Positions 26,601 to 37,855 of a stretch of DNA of 64,000 nucleotides are shown piece by piece (the stretch's first letter is position 1; each line of letters begins with the position of its first letter). This DNA is from Nemertoderma westbladi (Eukaryota > Animalia > Xenacoelomorpha): the NCBI GenBank assembly GCA_032718475.1, contig JAUCBJ010007524.1:236637-300636 (forward strand), read 5' to 3'. The position numbers and the translations under genes are program-made. The notes beneath the pieces were generated by a model, which was not told the DNA's origin, made no database searches, and worked only from the letters and a program-made list of their open reading frames with translations.

Positions 26601-27285
26601 CTTACTATAACTATATCAATAAACTCCCACGTATACACGATGACGAACTTGATAGAGGAGGATCTTAATATTAAGGAGAGTTATACTCAACCTCTACAAG
26701 CACTCTACTAAAGTCTATTAAGCGGTGATGCTAGTAAATACAGCGGATTATGGCTGCTACATTGAACCACCGATGACTGAAGAAGAACTCCAGCGTGAAT
26801 TAGATTATCAAAAATTCCGTATCGTATTAAATATCGGTAAAGATGCTTGTAGGAGTTGCGACTATAAGCGATTTACTCCCGCAACTGAAAGATGTGTGAA
26901 GTAGAACCCTCCGGAAAATATAGGCCTACTATCCCAGTTGTAACGCCTGGGTAAACAAACACCTTACGTCCCTTAGTGGTACACAATTCTGGGGTTAAAT
27001 ATTGGCTACTGGAATATAAGAATATATAGATGATATCCAAGATGCATATAATGTAGAAGTTAAATGAATGAAGATAAGTTGATTCTACCTATGTGTGATC
27101 CTAAGAGCAAATGGAATACCAGAATTAATCATTGCCGACATTGGATTGATATAATGTGACACAGAGGCTCGGGTACTCTCGCTAGAGATTGTAGGGCATT
27201 CTCCCCTTGCACCTTTACCGTATTTGGACTTACCGCTCCCAGTTCTTCATCGCCCGGATAACTTAATATTGCTACTGTGACAAAT

Positions 27286-27485
27286 ATGGGAGAATCTTTT
27301 AGGCTCGTTATGCCAAGAATACCCGTTCACTTTCACTCCAACAAGAAACCATTCCACTCTGTTTCTCAAGTTTCCATGGTTCCAATTTATTGACCAGTGA
27401 AGGTTGAAAGCCTGGGTAAAGCTAGTCTGCAGCATTTAAAGCCCCATGCCCAAGCAGTCCTGTTTTGTCCTGGGATCGAACCTGG
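27286..27485 (-). mobile_element. Second, 5'-truncated copy of the tRNA SINE
   Basis: Similar to 17960-18220 (atgggagaatcttttaggctcgtta...gggatcgaacc); stops just after the B box. Confidence 0.85.
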
Positions 27486-28083
27486 TTATCATTTATTTAA
27501 AAAAATAATTAAACTGTAAATTTTTGGGAGAACTATGATTATTTTGGAAAATTATAATTAAATTAGGAAACTAGTATTCGGTAGCGGTAGGGTTATATAA
27601 CACCCCTCCTGTGCCTGCATACTGTTCTATTCACTATACAGTTCTGTACTCATAGTTGCATAAAATATTCAGAAATTCAATTATTCTAAAAATAATTGAC
27701 ATACCGGTATTTACCATAGGCTTATTATATTTATTTCTATAAATTTGAGCTGAAATCATACCGGTATTCTGTAATTAATTCTAGTCCATAATTATACTTA
27801 TATACTATAAGTGTAAGCTGTATACCGGTATTCACGATAGGCCTATTATATATTTATATATATTTGTGCTAAAATTATATACCGGTACTCTGTGACAAAT
27901 CTAGTCTGTAATAATACTTATATATATATTATAAGCATACCGGTATTCTAATATATTGTATATATATCACGTTACACTAAGTAACGGTATCGGTAATAAA
28001 TCGCTAGGCTTGCGGTCATACTGAATTACCAGACTTGCTTTAACTGAAACTATAGTAGTAGACATTCAACTGTATAGCTAAAC

Positions 28084-31000
28084 ATGTCTGACACTCAGCA
28101 AAACCTGTCAGACAGTCTGATCGATACAACTATCTGTGACTCAGATAGGAGTGTGGAGCGATTAAGAAAGGAGTTCAGCTCACCTCCTACTGCAAAAAAG
28201 GTCATCCCTCCAGTAGTATCAGACCCTAGGCTAATCCACCATAGGTCCATCATAGGTACTCGGGCACAGGTCAAACGGAACCAAGAGGCAGTTGTCCTAT
28301 CGCAGCAACATCTTGGTCAAGAACCTACTTCCCAGCGACCCGATAGCTCCAGTAGTTCGGATACTGTAGAGCTGACCCCCGAAGGCGGAGTGCAGATGGC
28401 TGTTACAGTCTACTCAGACCCCCTTCTTACCCTTCCTGCTGCAGTGCTAACTACTATATTCATTGCGGTGGAGGAACATCAAGCCGACTGGGCGAGGAAT
28501 AAGCGAGCGACCCAAGATAATTATGCTGGATACGCCAGGGAAGAATTGATGTCTATTGTCGAGTCACAATGGAACTTTCCCGGACTCGGACTCCCGTTGG
28601 ATCTGTCCGAGGCTACTTGGGAAGATATACACAGGATGGGAGTGGCTAAAGATACAATGGATCCAGCTGTTTGGAAGAGGTCGGCAGCAGGATATGTGCA
28701 GGGATTCTTCGGCTCCTTGGAGCGATTGGAAGAACAACTGTTTCGACAACCTCAAGGACCTCAAGAGCAGGAAGAGCTGCTATACCAGATACGCGAAAGA
28801 ACCCTACGCATACGACTAATCCTCTCAGCCTTTGAGGAAACTTCCAAAAGAAGACAGGACACGTCGCTGCAGGTTGCTGTCAAAACTTGGTTACATCGGG
28901 TAGATCTCAAAGTACAGGAAACGGCCCAGTGGAAATCCCAGCTGGCTGAGAGATCAACCTATGAAGAACTAACTGATGTCACCCTTTCTCAAGCGGAAAG
29001 CGAAGAGACCGCCGAGAAACCGCGAACTAGAGACGCTATCGACATTTATTTGTCCGACTATCAGAGATTCCTAGGAGACGAAGAGTTGAGGAGACGGCTG
29101 TTTGGACTTTCCCCTAATAGTGAAGGAACCAAGCTTGTGTTGGACTCAATCGATGCCGAAATGTTAGCTGCAAACCAAGCTGAATGTGATGAACAACTCC
29201 GCCTCACTAGAGTCCGAGAAGAACAAGTAAAGAAAGAATGGATAGAGAAAAGAAGGGTGGCAGCAGCAGCGGCGGCAGAAGCAGAAGCCGAAAGAAAAGC
29301 AGCGGCGGCAGAAGCAGAAGCCGAAAGAAAGGCAGCAGTGGCAGAAGCAGAACGGAGAGCTTCTGAGGAGACTATCCAACTGGAGTTGGAAAATCTACAA
29401 GAGACGCAAGACAGTATAAATAAACAGTTTACTGCTAATCAAATGCAGATGATGAGAAAATCTACTCCCAAGCGTCAGGGATACACATCCTCGGAGGAAG
29501 GCGAGACCACCGATCCTGAAGGCGGAGGAAATAGATCTCATCTAAGTAGGCGTAGAAAAACATATTACCGTCGCAAATTGCCTGATTTGCCCCCAGCTGT
29601 TAGAAGACAGCTAGCTAGCACAGACTTGAGTAGTATAGAACCTACAGCCCAAAGTATTAAGGTCAAAAGACTCCCTACAATAGTTGATGAGCCTGAAATA
29701 ATTAGGCCTGTCGTTCCCAAAGTCACTTCTGTGTTAGAGACCCCTGTACTTCCAGAGCTTAACTCTAAATTCCCTTTACATAGTACTACACTGCCTGTAC
29801 CCGGTGGAACAGTCCAAGAGAATGTCCCTGTCCAGATAGCAGAGAGAGAAATCAAAAATTTGTCTCCCGTCGTCCCGCGTCAGCCCGCTACTATGTTGGC
29901 GACTCCCGCTTCGGCGGTTGAGTGGGTGGAAGAGGGACGGCGGGGGATGAATCTCCTGCTGGGACAGATGCAGGAGACTGTCCACCAACTTAAGGGAACA
30001 GTGAGGGAAAGTAGAGCAGAGTTGCAAGAAGTGCAGCAAAGTATCGCGCTAGAACGCGACAAATTAGTCAATATACAAAAGGGCATACCAATACCCCCTG
30101 TAACATTGTGTCAACCTGTTAGGTCTGAAGTATTACATGCGCAAGGTGTGGAGCCTACACGCATCTATACTGCTAGTGAAGTTGAAACTCCTATAGCAAA
30201 CCCTATTAAGGGTGATTATAGACCTGTTATTAATGATATTCCCTATAGACCTGATAATGATCCGAGAACTTTATATACCGATAATTCGATATTAAATAAC
30301 ACGATGGCCCAAGAAAGCTTTACGCGTCAGATGGCTAGAACAGAAGCCCGCCAAGCGGTCAAAGTGGGAGAGATCGTCAAATTCAATGGAGATGAGATGA
30401 AATGGTTACCTTTCAACGAATATTACAAAGATAGCATACAGAACTCTGTACTATCTAACGGAGAGAAACTTAGATTCCTCATCAAGTGCTTGGAAGGACC
30501 TCCCAAGTTAATGGCGTTAAAGTTTATTGGACATCCAGATGGATTAAGACAAGTTTGGGATACATTAAACATCAGGTATGGTAACAAGGATAACATAGCT
30601 AAGTATTTGTATGCAAAATTAGTAGCCCCCCGACACTTCCTTAGTAGCGGGATTATAGAGTTTTCCGATGAAATTCAAGAGATCTGTAGACAACTGGACT
30701 GGTTAGGTAAGTCGCATGAATATCAGAGTTCCATGGTCATTGGAGCCGTAGTCTCTACTTTACCAAAGGGTGGAGTATGTACGCGCTGGGACAAGAAAGT
30801 GTTGTATATGAATGAGCAGCAACGACGAAGCCCTACCATGGCTGATCTCATGTCCTTCTTAGATAATGGAGTAAAATTACAACTCATAAAGCAGTCCAGA
30901 GAGAAAACATCGGAAAATAAGGTAAGTGAGAAACCCGTTTCTAGGAGAAGGATAATACCAGTGTGTTATACTGACGACGGCGAAAGCCAAGCTTCTCAAG

Positions 31001-32646
31001 AAGAGGACAGCGGGAAAGACACAGCAAAATCTTACTATGACAATAAGACCTATAAAGACGTAAGTAAATACAAGTCTCGAACCAGTGACAGGAGAGAACA
31101 GGTAACAACAACTCCTCCTACGTCTCCTAAGAGAATTCACGGAAGAAAGCCCGAAGAAAGAACGAGAGTGCATAACGTTAACCAAGTTAAGGTGAGTAAC
31201 ATCAAACCAAAATGTGCGCTGTGCGACGGGCCCCACCGTTTGAGTGCGTGTGCTGAATTTCTAAAGAAATCCCTTGTAGACAGACGTACAGTCCTGTGGA
31301 ATAAGCGGTTATGCTATAATTGCCTCAGACCAGGACATCAACGGCGAACCTGTTACTCCGACATAAAGTGTGCAAAGTGTGGCGCGAAACATCACATCTT
31401 GTTACACAGTGAGTTCGAACGAGACAGACAGAGTCAGGTAAGTGAGCCCGAACTACATGTCCAATTTAGTGACGTAAACGACACTGATCAAGAGTCTGAG
31501 ATGGAAGGATTCTATACTGACGAATTCTCCGATGCCAATGAATCCTGTTATCTAATAAATACCGCAGTGTATCGAGCCCTTACTTACGAAAAGGACATCA
31601 ACGATGAGTTTCCCCCAACTACTTTCGCCAAACAACCATCTTGGAAAGCTCCAGCTTCCAACGTAGGAATCAGAGAATTTCCTGTAGTTCAAGTAAGAGT
31701 TCACGGTCTTAACAAAGGCTACATAGTGAACGCCCTCCTTGACTCCAGCAGCACAGGAACATTCATCGATCAAGAACTAGCCGAAGATATCTTTGCTGGA
31801 CAACCCAAGTTCCGGACTAAATTGAATATGTCAGGAATTATGCAGGTTTGGAAATCTACCATAACGGCAGATTACTATGTAGGTGAGTTGTCCACCCCCC
31901 AGGATAAATTAGGAGCACAAAGTATAAGGTCAGTAAAAATGGTGGCTATAAAGAACTTCGCTACTACCCAAGCAGACCTTTATAATTGGGACGAGGATGA
32001 GAGCATCCAACATCTTAAGATACCTCGATTCCAGACAGATTATCCTGGAGTGCAAATACTCATCGGCCAAAACGCGCATGAGGCGCTCGAGCCATTGGAG
32101 AAACGGCCTGCTCAACCGCAGCCACTGCAAACCTATGCGGTAAGAACTAGAGTAGGTTGGTACTTCACTGGCCCTTCCCGTAGAACTCTCAAAGAGAGAT
32201 TACCTCAACAACAGGTATACCAAGTAAAGGAATGGGAAGTGGAGAGCAGTGATGTGGACGATCCAACTGAGGGAACACCATACTCCTCAGATAATGATGA
32301 TATTAACTCCAATGTAGATCAACGGAGACATTGCCTTGGGACGATTAATCCAGCCGACATCGCTTCCAGAGGAGCAACTCCTCGAGAACTGATAGATACT
32401 CCAGGCTGGTTAGGTGGATCCGACTTCTTAAGTAAAGAAGAAGAAGAATGGCCTCCTCATCTTGCCCCGGCGGAGATTAGACAGGCCAAGGGAGCGGAGA
32501 AAATAATACAACAACTCAATCCCCCAGCTGGTCGTTTATGTTTACTGGAAAGAGACCGAAAACTGTCCGGAAACTATGGAAGGCAAGATACTCTTCCTAC
32601 GACTACTTCCCTAATCCGACAAATATCTAGGGACTCCATAACGTGA
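28084..32646 (+). CDS. BEL/Pao Gag-protease ORF, 1520 aa, fused in frame to short pol remnants
   Basis: DUF1759-type region (KFNGDEMKWLPF...EKLRFLIKCLEG), three zinc knuckles (CALCDGPHRLSAC, CYNCLRPGHQRRTC, CAKCGAKHHILLH), protease ALLDSSS...ILIGQN...AVRTRVGW, then RHCLGTINPADIASRG and the integrase tail GRLCLLE; no RT or RNaseH core. Confidence 0.92.
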   Translation: MSDTQQNLSDSLIDTTICDSDRSVERLRKEFSSPPTAKKVIPPVVSDPRLIHHRSIIGTRAQVKRNQEAVVLSQQHLGQEPTSQRPDSSSSSDTVELTPEGGVQMAVTVYSDPLLTLPAAVLTTIFIAVEEHQADWARNKRATQDNYAGYAREELMSIVESQWNFPGLGLPLDLSEATWEDIHRMGVAKDTMDPAVWKRSAAGYVQGFFGSLERLEEQLFRQPQGPQEQEELLYQIRERTLRIRLILSAFEETSKRRQDTSLQVAVKTWLHRVDLKVQETAQWKSQLAERSTYEELTDVTLSQAESEETAEKPRTRDAIDIYLSDYQRFLGDEELRRRLFGLSPNSEGTKLVLDSIDAEMLAANQAECDEQLRLTRVREEQVKKEWIEKRRVAAAAAAEAEAERKAAAAEAEAERKAAVAEAERRASEETIQLELENLQETQDSINKQFTANQMQMMRKSTPKRQGYTSSEEGETTDPEGGGNRSHLSRRRKTYYRRKLPDLPPAVRRQLASTDLSSIEPTAQSIKVKRLPTIVDEPEIIRPVVPKVTSVLETPVLPELNSKFPLHSTTLPVPGGTVQENVPVQIAEREIKNLSPVVPRQPATMLATPASAVEWVEEGRRGMNLLLGQMQETVHQLKGTVRESRAELQEVQQSIALERDKLVNIQKGIPIPPVTLCQPVRSEVLHAQGVEPTRIYTASEVETPIANPIKGDYRPVINDIPYRPDNDPRTLYTDNSILNNTMAQESFTRQMARTEARQAVKVGEIVKFNGDEMKWLPFNEYYKDSIQNSVLSNGEKLRFLIKCLEGPPKLMALKFIGHPDGLRQVWDTLNIRYGNKDNIAKYLYAKLVAPRHFLSSGIIEFSDEIQEICRQLDWLGKSHEYQSSMVIGAVVSTLPKGGVCTRWDKKVLYMNEQQRRSPTMADLMSFLDNGVKLQLIKQSREKTSENKVSEKPVSRRRIIPVCYTDDGESQASQEEDSGKDTAKSYYDNKTYKDVSKYKSRTSDRREQVTTTPPTSPKRIHGRKPEERTRVHNVNQVKVSNIKPKCALCDGPHRLSACAEFLKKSLVDRRTVLWNKRLCYNCLRPGHQRRTCYSDIKCAKCGAKHHILLHSEFERDRQSQVSEPELHVQFSDVNDTDQESEMEGFYTDEFSDANESCYLINTAVYRALTYEKDINDEFPPTTFAKQPSWKAPASNVGIREFPVVQVRVHGLNKGYIVNALLDSSSTGTFIDQELAEDIFAGQPKFRTKLNMSGIMQVWKSTITADYYVGELSTPQDKLGAQSIRSVKMVAIKNFATTQADLYNWDEDESIQHLKIPRFQTDYPGVQILIGQNAHEALEPLEKRPAQPQPLQTYAVRTRVGWYFTGPSRRTLKERLPQQQVYQVKEWEVESSDVDDPTEGTPYSSDNDDINSNVDQRRHCLGTINPADIASRGATPRELIDTPGWLGGSDFLSKEEEEWPPHLAPAEIRQAKGAEKIIQQLNPPAGRLCLLERDRKLSGNYGRQDTLPTTTSLIRQISRDSIT

Positions 32647-34104
32647 TAGCATGTGGAGTGGGCGTGTGACTATATCATTTTATATTTGTTTTTATTTTAT
32701 ATTTATGTATGTATTATTATGTAATTTTAATATAATCGTTTTCTTTAATTTTATTTAGTAGAATGTTATTTTAGAATATTTAGTAAATTAGTGCAATATA
32801 TTAGTGTTTATTACGTATTTAATTACTTACAATATATTTAGTGCGACGGCAAGAAATAATTATTTTTCTCTTTCCTTACTGTCCGTATTATATTATAAAT
32901 GCGAGACTATAGTAAGATGAAATGTCCGTACTTCTTAAAGTACAATAAAGCCACTACTATATTTAAGTATTATTGGTAGGCAGAGTATTAGGAATACAAA
33001 GTTCAGATCCTCGTGTCTCGGCTAAACCAAGCTCTGGGTAGACCTTGGAAACGACTTGCCTCTTCACACTGACATTGCTTCGTGCGATATTGCTCTTCTA
33101 CCTAATAACAAATAATACATATAGTAGCGTGATGTCCCTCTAACAGTAGCGTAAATCGCAAATAAATCTGTTAAACTTTTTGACCATCTGTAATTCTAGT
33201 CGATTAAGATATCTTAGTATTTATCGATATTCTTAGAAGGACTATTTTATAGAATTAAGGATCCTAAGTCCCCAGATATGCTCTGGAATAAAATTTGTGT
33301 CAATTTAACATCAAATAATAAAATTCACGGGAATAAATTTAAATTCATATTCAAATGAATTTCATAAATTGTCATTTGTGCAATTTATAACATTCCCAAA
33401 ATTCCAGTAATTAATAGATCATGGGAGCGGAGATTCATATTGAGTGTACTAGAGTGCGAGAATCTCCAACATATAGTCAATAGCCGATAAAATTTATAAA
33501 ATCATGCATAAAGAGGGTATTGACAACTAAAGAATTACTATTAAATAACATCCCAGATCTGTATGCATGAGAATTACCCTAATTCTACCGCTAGTTTTCC
33601 ATAATGTCACCATGGCAACACCCACGCTAGAATTAGAAGCAAGTTAAAGGAACAATAAAAGGCTTGCCCCATTGCGTAGCCTAAGAGGATACATAGCGCA
33701 CTATTAGTATCCAAGGATACATAGTAATAACGTGACATTCTGGAAGACACTGACTAACGAACAAATGGCCTGCATGTGTGCAGTAAGTAATGATTGTATG
33801 GAATTTGTGCGTTTATAGGTGAATGTTACTACTAAAGTGTGTTTACAGTAGCTAATCGCAATTGTAAAGTAGCCCTAACTCTACCGAGATAACCTCAAGT
33901 GGATTCAAGCTTTTGGGACGGACAGTGGTGGGACTTGTGCCGGTTATCGTTGTCGTGCTATTGCTACATGTTGGCGTAAACACCGCGACAACGGTACATC
34001 GGCGCTGAGAAACCCACTGTCCGGGGGCAAAGCCTAGTAGGCAGCGACGCCCGCTTGCCTAAAATATTAACTCATATTGATATTAATAAACTCAGATAGC
34101 AGAT

Positions 34105-35555
34105 ATGACGGAATTGATAGAAGATGACCTTGGTATCAGGGAGCGATATACTCTACCTTTACAAGCGTTTGTGGATAGCTTGATACGCGGTGAAGCCGAT
34201 CCGACTATTACGGAGGACGATGGTCGTTATATCGAACCGCCGATGTCCCAGGAACAACTTACGCGTGAATTGGACTATAGAAAATTCACCGCTCGCTATA
34301 CGAATCGTAATGGTACGTATATGGACTTCTTAACTACCGGCCATCCTACCGATTTACATGATACGGACGATGTATACACCGAAAGGGAAATGGTTCTATT
34401 TAAATATCATACCCAGCGGAGTCGTAACAATAAACCGAGAATAGATCACGAAAATTATATTCGTAACAGACTGGGAAGACGAACCCATATGTTTAGAATC
34501 TGAAGAGATTCAGCCCCCCACGTCTCGGAGTAGCGATAGCGACTACATATGAGAATGGTATCAAGGTCCACAGTGTCTCACTGCGTACGATTATCGCCAT
34601 GCCAACTATGTTTCTCGGCAACGTTGTCGGTTATGCGCATCGAGAGACCACGATACGCCCATGGACACCAACGTCCGCTGCTCCTATTTCCAAGAACAAC
34701 CGACTATGGAAATTTATTGCGCGTATTACAGACTCAATAACTTGCACATTTTTGCGGTTTGCCCTCAATTTATGACTCAATGTCACCATTGTCAACTAAA
34801 GGGACGCGCCAGTTTCGATTGCCCTTTTTAATCACGATTTGGAAAGCGTAGATGAAATGATCACACTACGTTACATCAGAGCTTGGGAAGCGAACGCTGA
34901 TTTACATTGTGATTCGCGCCATCGTTATTATCCTGGACGCGCTTACGAAGGAGTTTATGCGTTCCATCCTTATCTATTCGCTTCTGTCGAACAGAAATCA
35001 CGCGTATCGAGTTACGAACTACTGAAGCGCGTCGGAGAATGTATTTCAACCAAGTTCGTACGCAAATTTCTCAGGAGGGTTAATCCTAGCAACCTTCATT
35101 CCTATAACTTAATCAGTTATATCCGTCAGGACCCGGACTATGGAGACTTATTTGTTAACTCATACCCCGAGTTACAGGAAGTATATCGACGGCCTTACGA
35201 GTACCGAGCCCGCGAACGCGAGTTAGAAAGAACCATTAAACCAAGGAAGTTTTTAACTGCCTATGGTCCACCCACGGCCCTCGTTCAGACCACTCGTAAA
35301 GGACCCGTAAGAGCGGCTGTCTTGAAACGAGCTCTCAAAGCCGTTAGACCCCTCTCCCCGGACGTTGATGTCAATCAACCCGGTACTTCGACCGGCGGAT
35401 GCACCGATCGTAATCCCATACCTTCTGATGCAATCATATTGCACCCTTCACCCAGGAGTTATGGCCCTCCTCGTAAAGTGGCTCGCCCCAAAGAGAAAAG
35501 GACTCTTGCTAGCTTTAAAAAACTGCGTAAACGCCGTCCGCGCAAGAAAGACTAA
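34105..35555 (+). pseudogene. Accessory ORF of BEL B (about 480 codons, broken by frameshifts/stop), Cys/His-rich with basic tail
   Basis: ORF 34105-34503, a shifted frame encoding CRLCASRDH...C and CAYYRLNNLHIFAVCPQFMTQCHHCQLKGRASFDC (~34625-34822), and ORF 34839-35555 ending KKLRKRRPRKKD; N-terminus conserved in copy A at 26640. Confidence 0.7.
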
Positions 35556-35633
35556 CTGTTTAGAGTATTTTTATATTTTAGAAACTGTGATTTTGTATAT
35601 TTTATAGACTTAAATCCCATTTTCTGGGAGCGG

Positions 35634-36840
35634 TGTAAAAGCTTTTGTGGGATAACTGATTCGTTTGCCTTGCTGGCCAGTTCCCCCCCGGTCGCTAGAA
35701 TACTCTAAAAGGGATCTATAGGTAAAATAGTGCAAGCTACCAGCTTATTGGCTGATGTGCTGTACGGAGGTATCTGGGTTCCGTTTAATCGGCCAACCAG
35801 CTTAGGGAGGTTGCCTTAGCCCTGCTGTCCGTATCGGCCAATAGAATTTGAGTGGGCGTTGATTTCGACCTATCCCAGAGCTACTGAACTGAATTTTCCT
35901 ATCTCACTGCTCATCCTCTGTGTTGGACGGGAGCTTCGGGGAATAAGGGTAGTTGGTATCCTCGTATAGTAAGGTAGTCATATGATTTTATATGATTCTG
36001 TTGTTGTGTTCCCATTTTTCGCCATAACACCGGCTTTTTGGGAAGAACTCTAGTAAAACTGCTTAAATTATCGAAAGTATAAACTGTTATCTAATCGATC
36101 AATCACGACCTAATTACTTATCTGATCTAATTAACTCACTATTAATCATATTGTTTGTACTGTTATTTACCGTCAGTTATTAATTGTATCTATTTGTTGA
36201 TGGAAATATTGCTCTTTGGAGAATACGGATAAATCACCCAAAATTCCCAATTTTCTTGATACACTACAGGTTAGAGAGACAGGCTATATATAACAATTGC
36301 GATTTATATTAATGTGGTGTGTATTGAATCTAATGTTATTTAGCAGACCCTACATGAGTCAATTGCTGCTCTCTTTATGTGTGATCAAATTTACTGACGG
36401 TCGGCAGAATAGTGTGCATGATTGTGATTGGTAACAAAGCATTTCCTAAAGAATGCGCCTTATACTTTAATCATAAGCAGTATCGTTGCGTTTAGTATAA
36501 GTCCTAGTTCTGTTTAAATAGATAAAGCGCCACGTCCTAAAGGAACTGTTAATATTTCCCGAAAGCCAATAATATCTGTCAGAAATTAATTATTAACGAT
36601 CAATCGAATAATACAGTAGGTTTACACTGCAACCTTACACTGCAATAATAAAATTTAAGCAGCCGAATTCAGCCTCCCGGGTGTAGATCCATCGGGTGAA
36701 TGATCGCGCATGGGCTGGCTTCGGGTAATGTTTTGTTTATTAGCATAAAATATTGTCGTATGCTAAAGGTGTTTTAATTAACTAAAAGACATATAAATTT
36801 TGGCAGGTTAAACTGCTAAAGGTCTACAAAAGCGCGAACA
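35634..36840 (+). repeat. 3' LTR of BEL B, about 1.2 kb
   Basis: Starts TGTAAAAG directly after the PPT and ends GCGCGAACA, the exact point where similarity to 46672-47750 stops; contains CCAAT boxes. Confidence 0.8.
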
Positions 36841-37855
36841 TAATGTATATAGTTTTTAAATGTGATGTTTGCCCTAAACGAAAGAAATATAAAAGAGGAA
36901 TTAGCCCAAAAGAAAACCTAACATAGCAGAGTGAGTAACCTTATTGTAGATCTACCCTTAGGAAGCACTGGGAGAGCAATCAGCTTATGGGGTAATACAT
37001 TAGAAACCCACAGCTTATGTGTGAGTACACATTGCCTTTCCTTATAGCCTACTAGTAAAATTTGGCAACCAACACGTTTTACTGTGACTGTGTATAATTC
37101 TGACATATTAAGCCATATTTCATCTGTGAACACCAGCTGTTATTTACCATTGCTTTTAATTTCGCGAAAAAATAATTTAAAAAAACGAAAGATATCGAAT
37201 ACCACACATAGAATCGATCTGATATTTTGTAACGCGATTATGAACCACCAAAGCAATGTACTTGCAAAATTTCAACAAAATCGCCAGGCAGGAAGTGCCT
37301 GAACCTGGATGTAAGTATCCCGCGGTCGAGCGGGCTCCTAATAACTATATTGGAGTCCACTTTATAAAATATTTATTAAATTGAAATCAAATGGCGAGCG
37401 AAGCGAGCAGAGAAATTTTTTTCACATTTTCGCTTTATGACACCACAACCCCTGTTCGTTAACCACGTTCCACAACCCCTGTCTTTTCAATGATTTGTCC
37501 TACAGTATTTTTTACACGATTTACACGAATGCTCCTGACATTTCCCCAGCGCCCCTGGGTGACTGCGCTCGGGGGAACGCCCCCCCCCCCCCCCCATATT
37601 ACCCCTCGCAACGGCTTTGGCTACCCAGCCGAAATTTAGGCTGGAGATTTTAAAGGTCGCTTTGGGTGTGTCCCTCAGGTTCTTTATGTAATACTTGATA
37701 CAAGCTTTGGGTGTGTCTCAGGTTCTTTATGTAATACTTGATATAAGCTTTGGGTTAATTAACTAAGGCCGATATAGTGAGTAAACTGTAATATATAATA
37801 CCGGTAATATTTCTATGATAAATTGATACGATAGTGATTGTAAGGAATTGGGCAC

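Larger units (their letters stand above)
14637..27250 (+). mobile_element. BEL/Pao LTR retrotransposon copy A, decayed, with nested insertions
   Basis: Frameshifted gag (DAIDTYLSDYQRF, FNGDEMKWLPFNEYY), protease (ALLDSGS), RT (SLNSELLPGPNLL, ASDIEGMFLQV, GGFRLTKF), RNaseH (LHIFGDAS), QWRHCPGTINP, integrase remnants (WWGGSWERL, YLPTLQLRTKW); collinear with copy B including the 3' region and start of the accessory ORF (ATG 26640). Confidence 0.92.
27490..36840 (+). mobile_element. BEL/Pao LTR retrotransposon copy B (no 5' LTR seen; pol mostly deleted; long 3' region with accessory ORF)
   Basis: Leader with ataccggta repeats, gag-protease ORF, ~3-kb 3' region, PPT GGGAGCGG 35626-35633, then LTR. 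Confidence 0.88.

Noticed and set aside
33560-34010. Intact env gene
   Set aside because: Short, with plus-strand stops shared by both copies; kept only as an unresolved finding.
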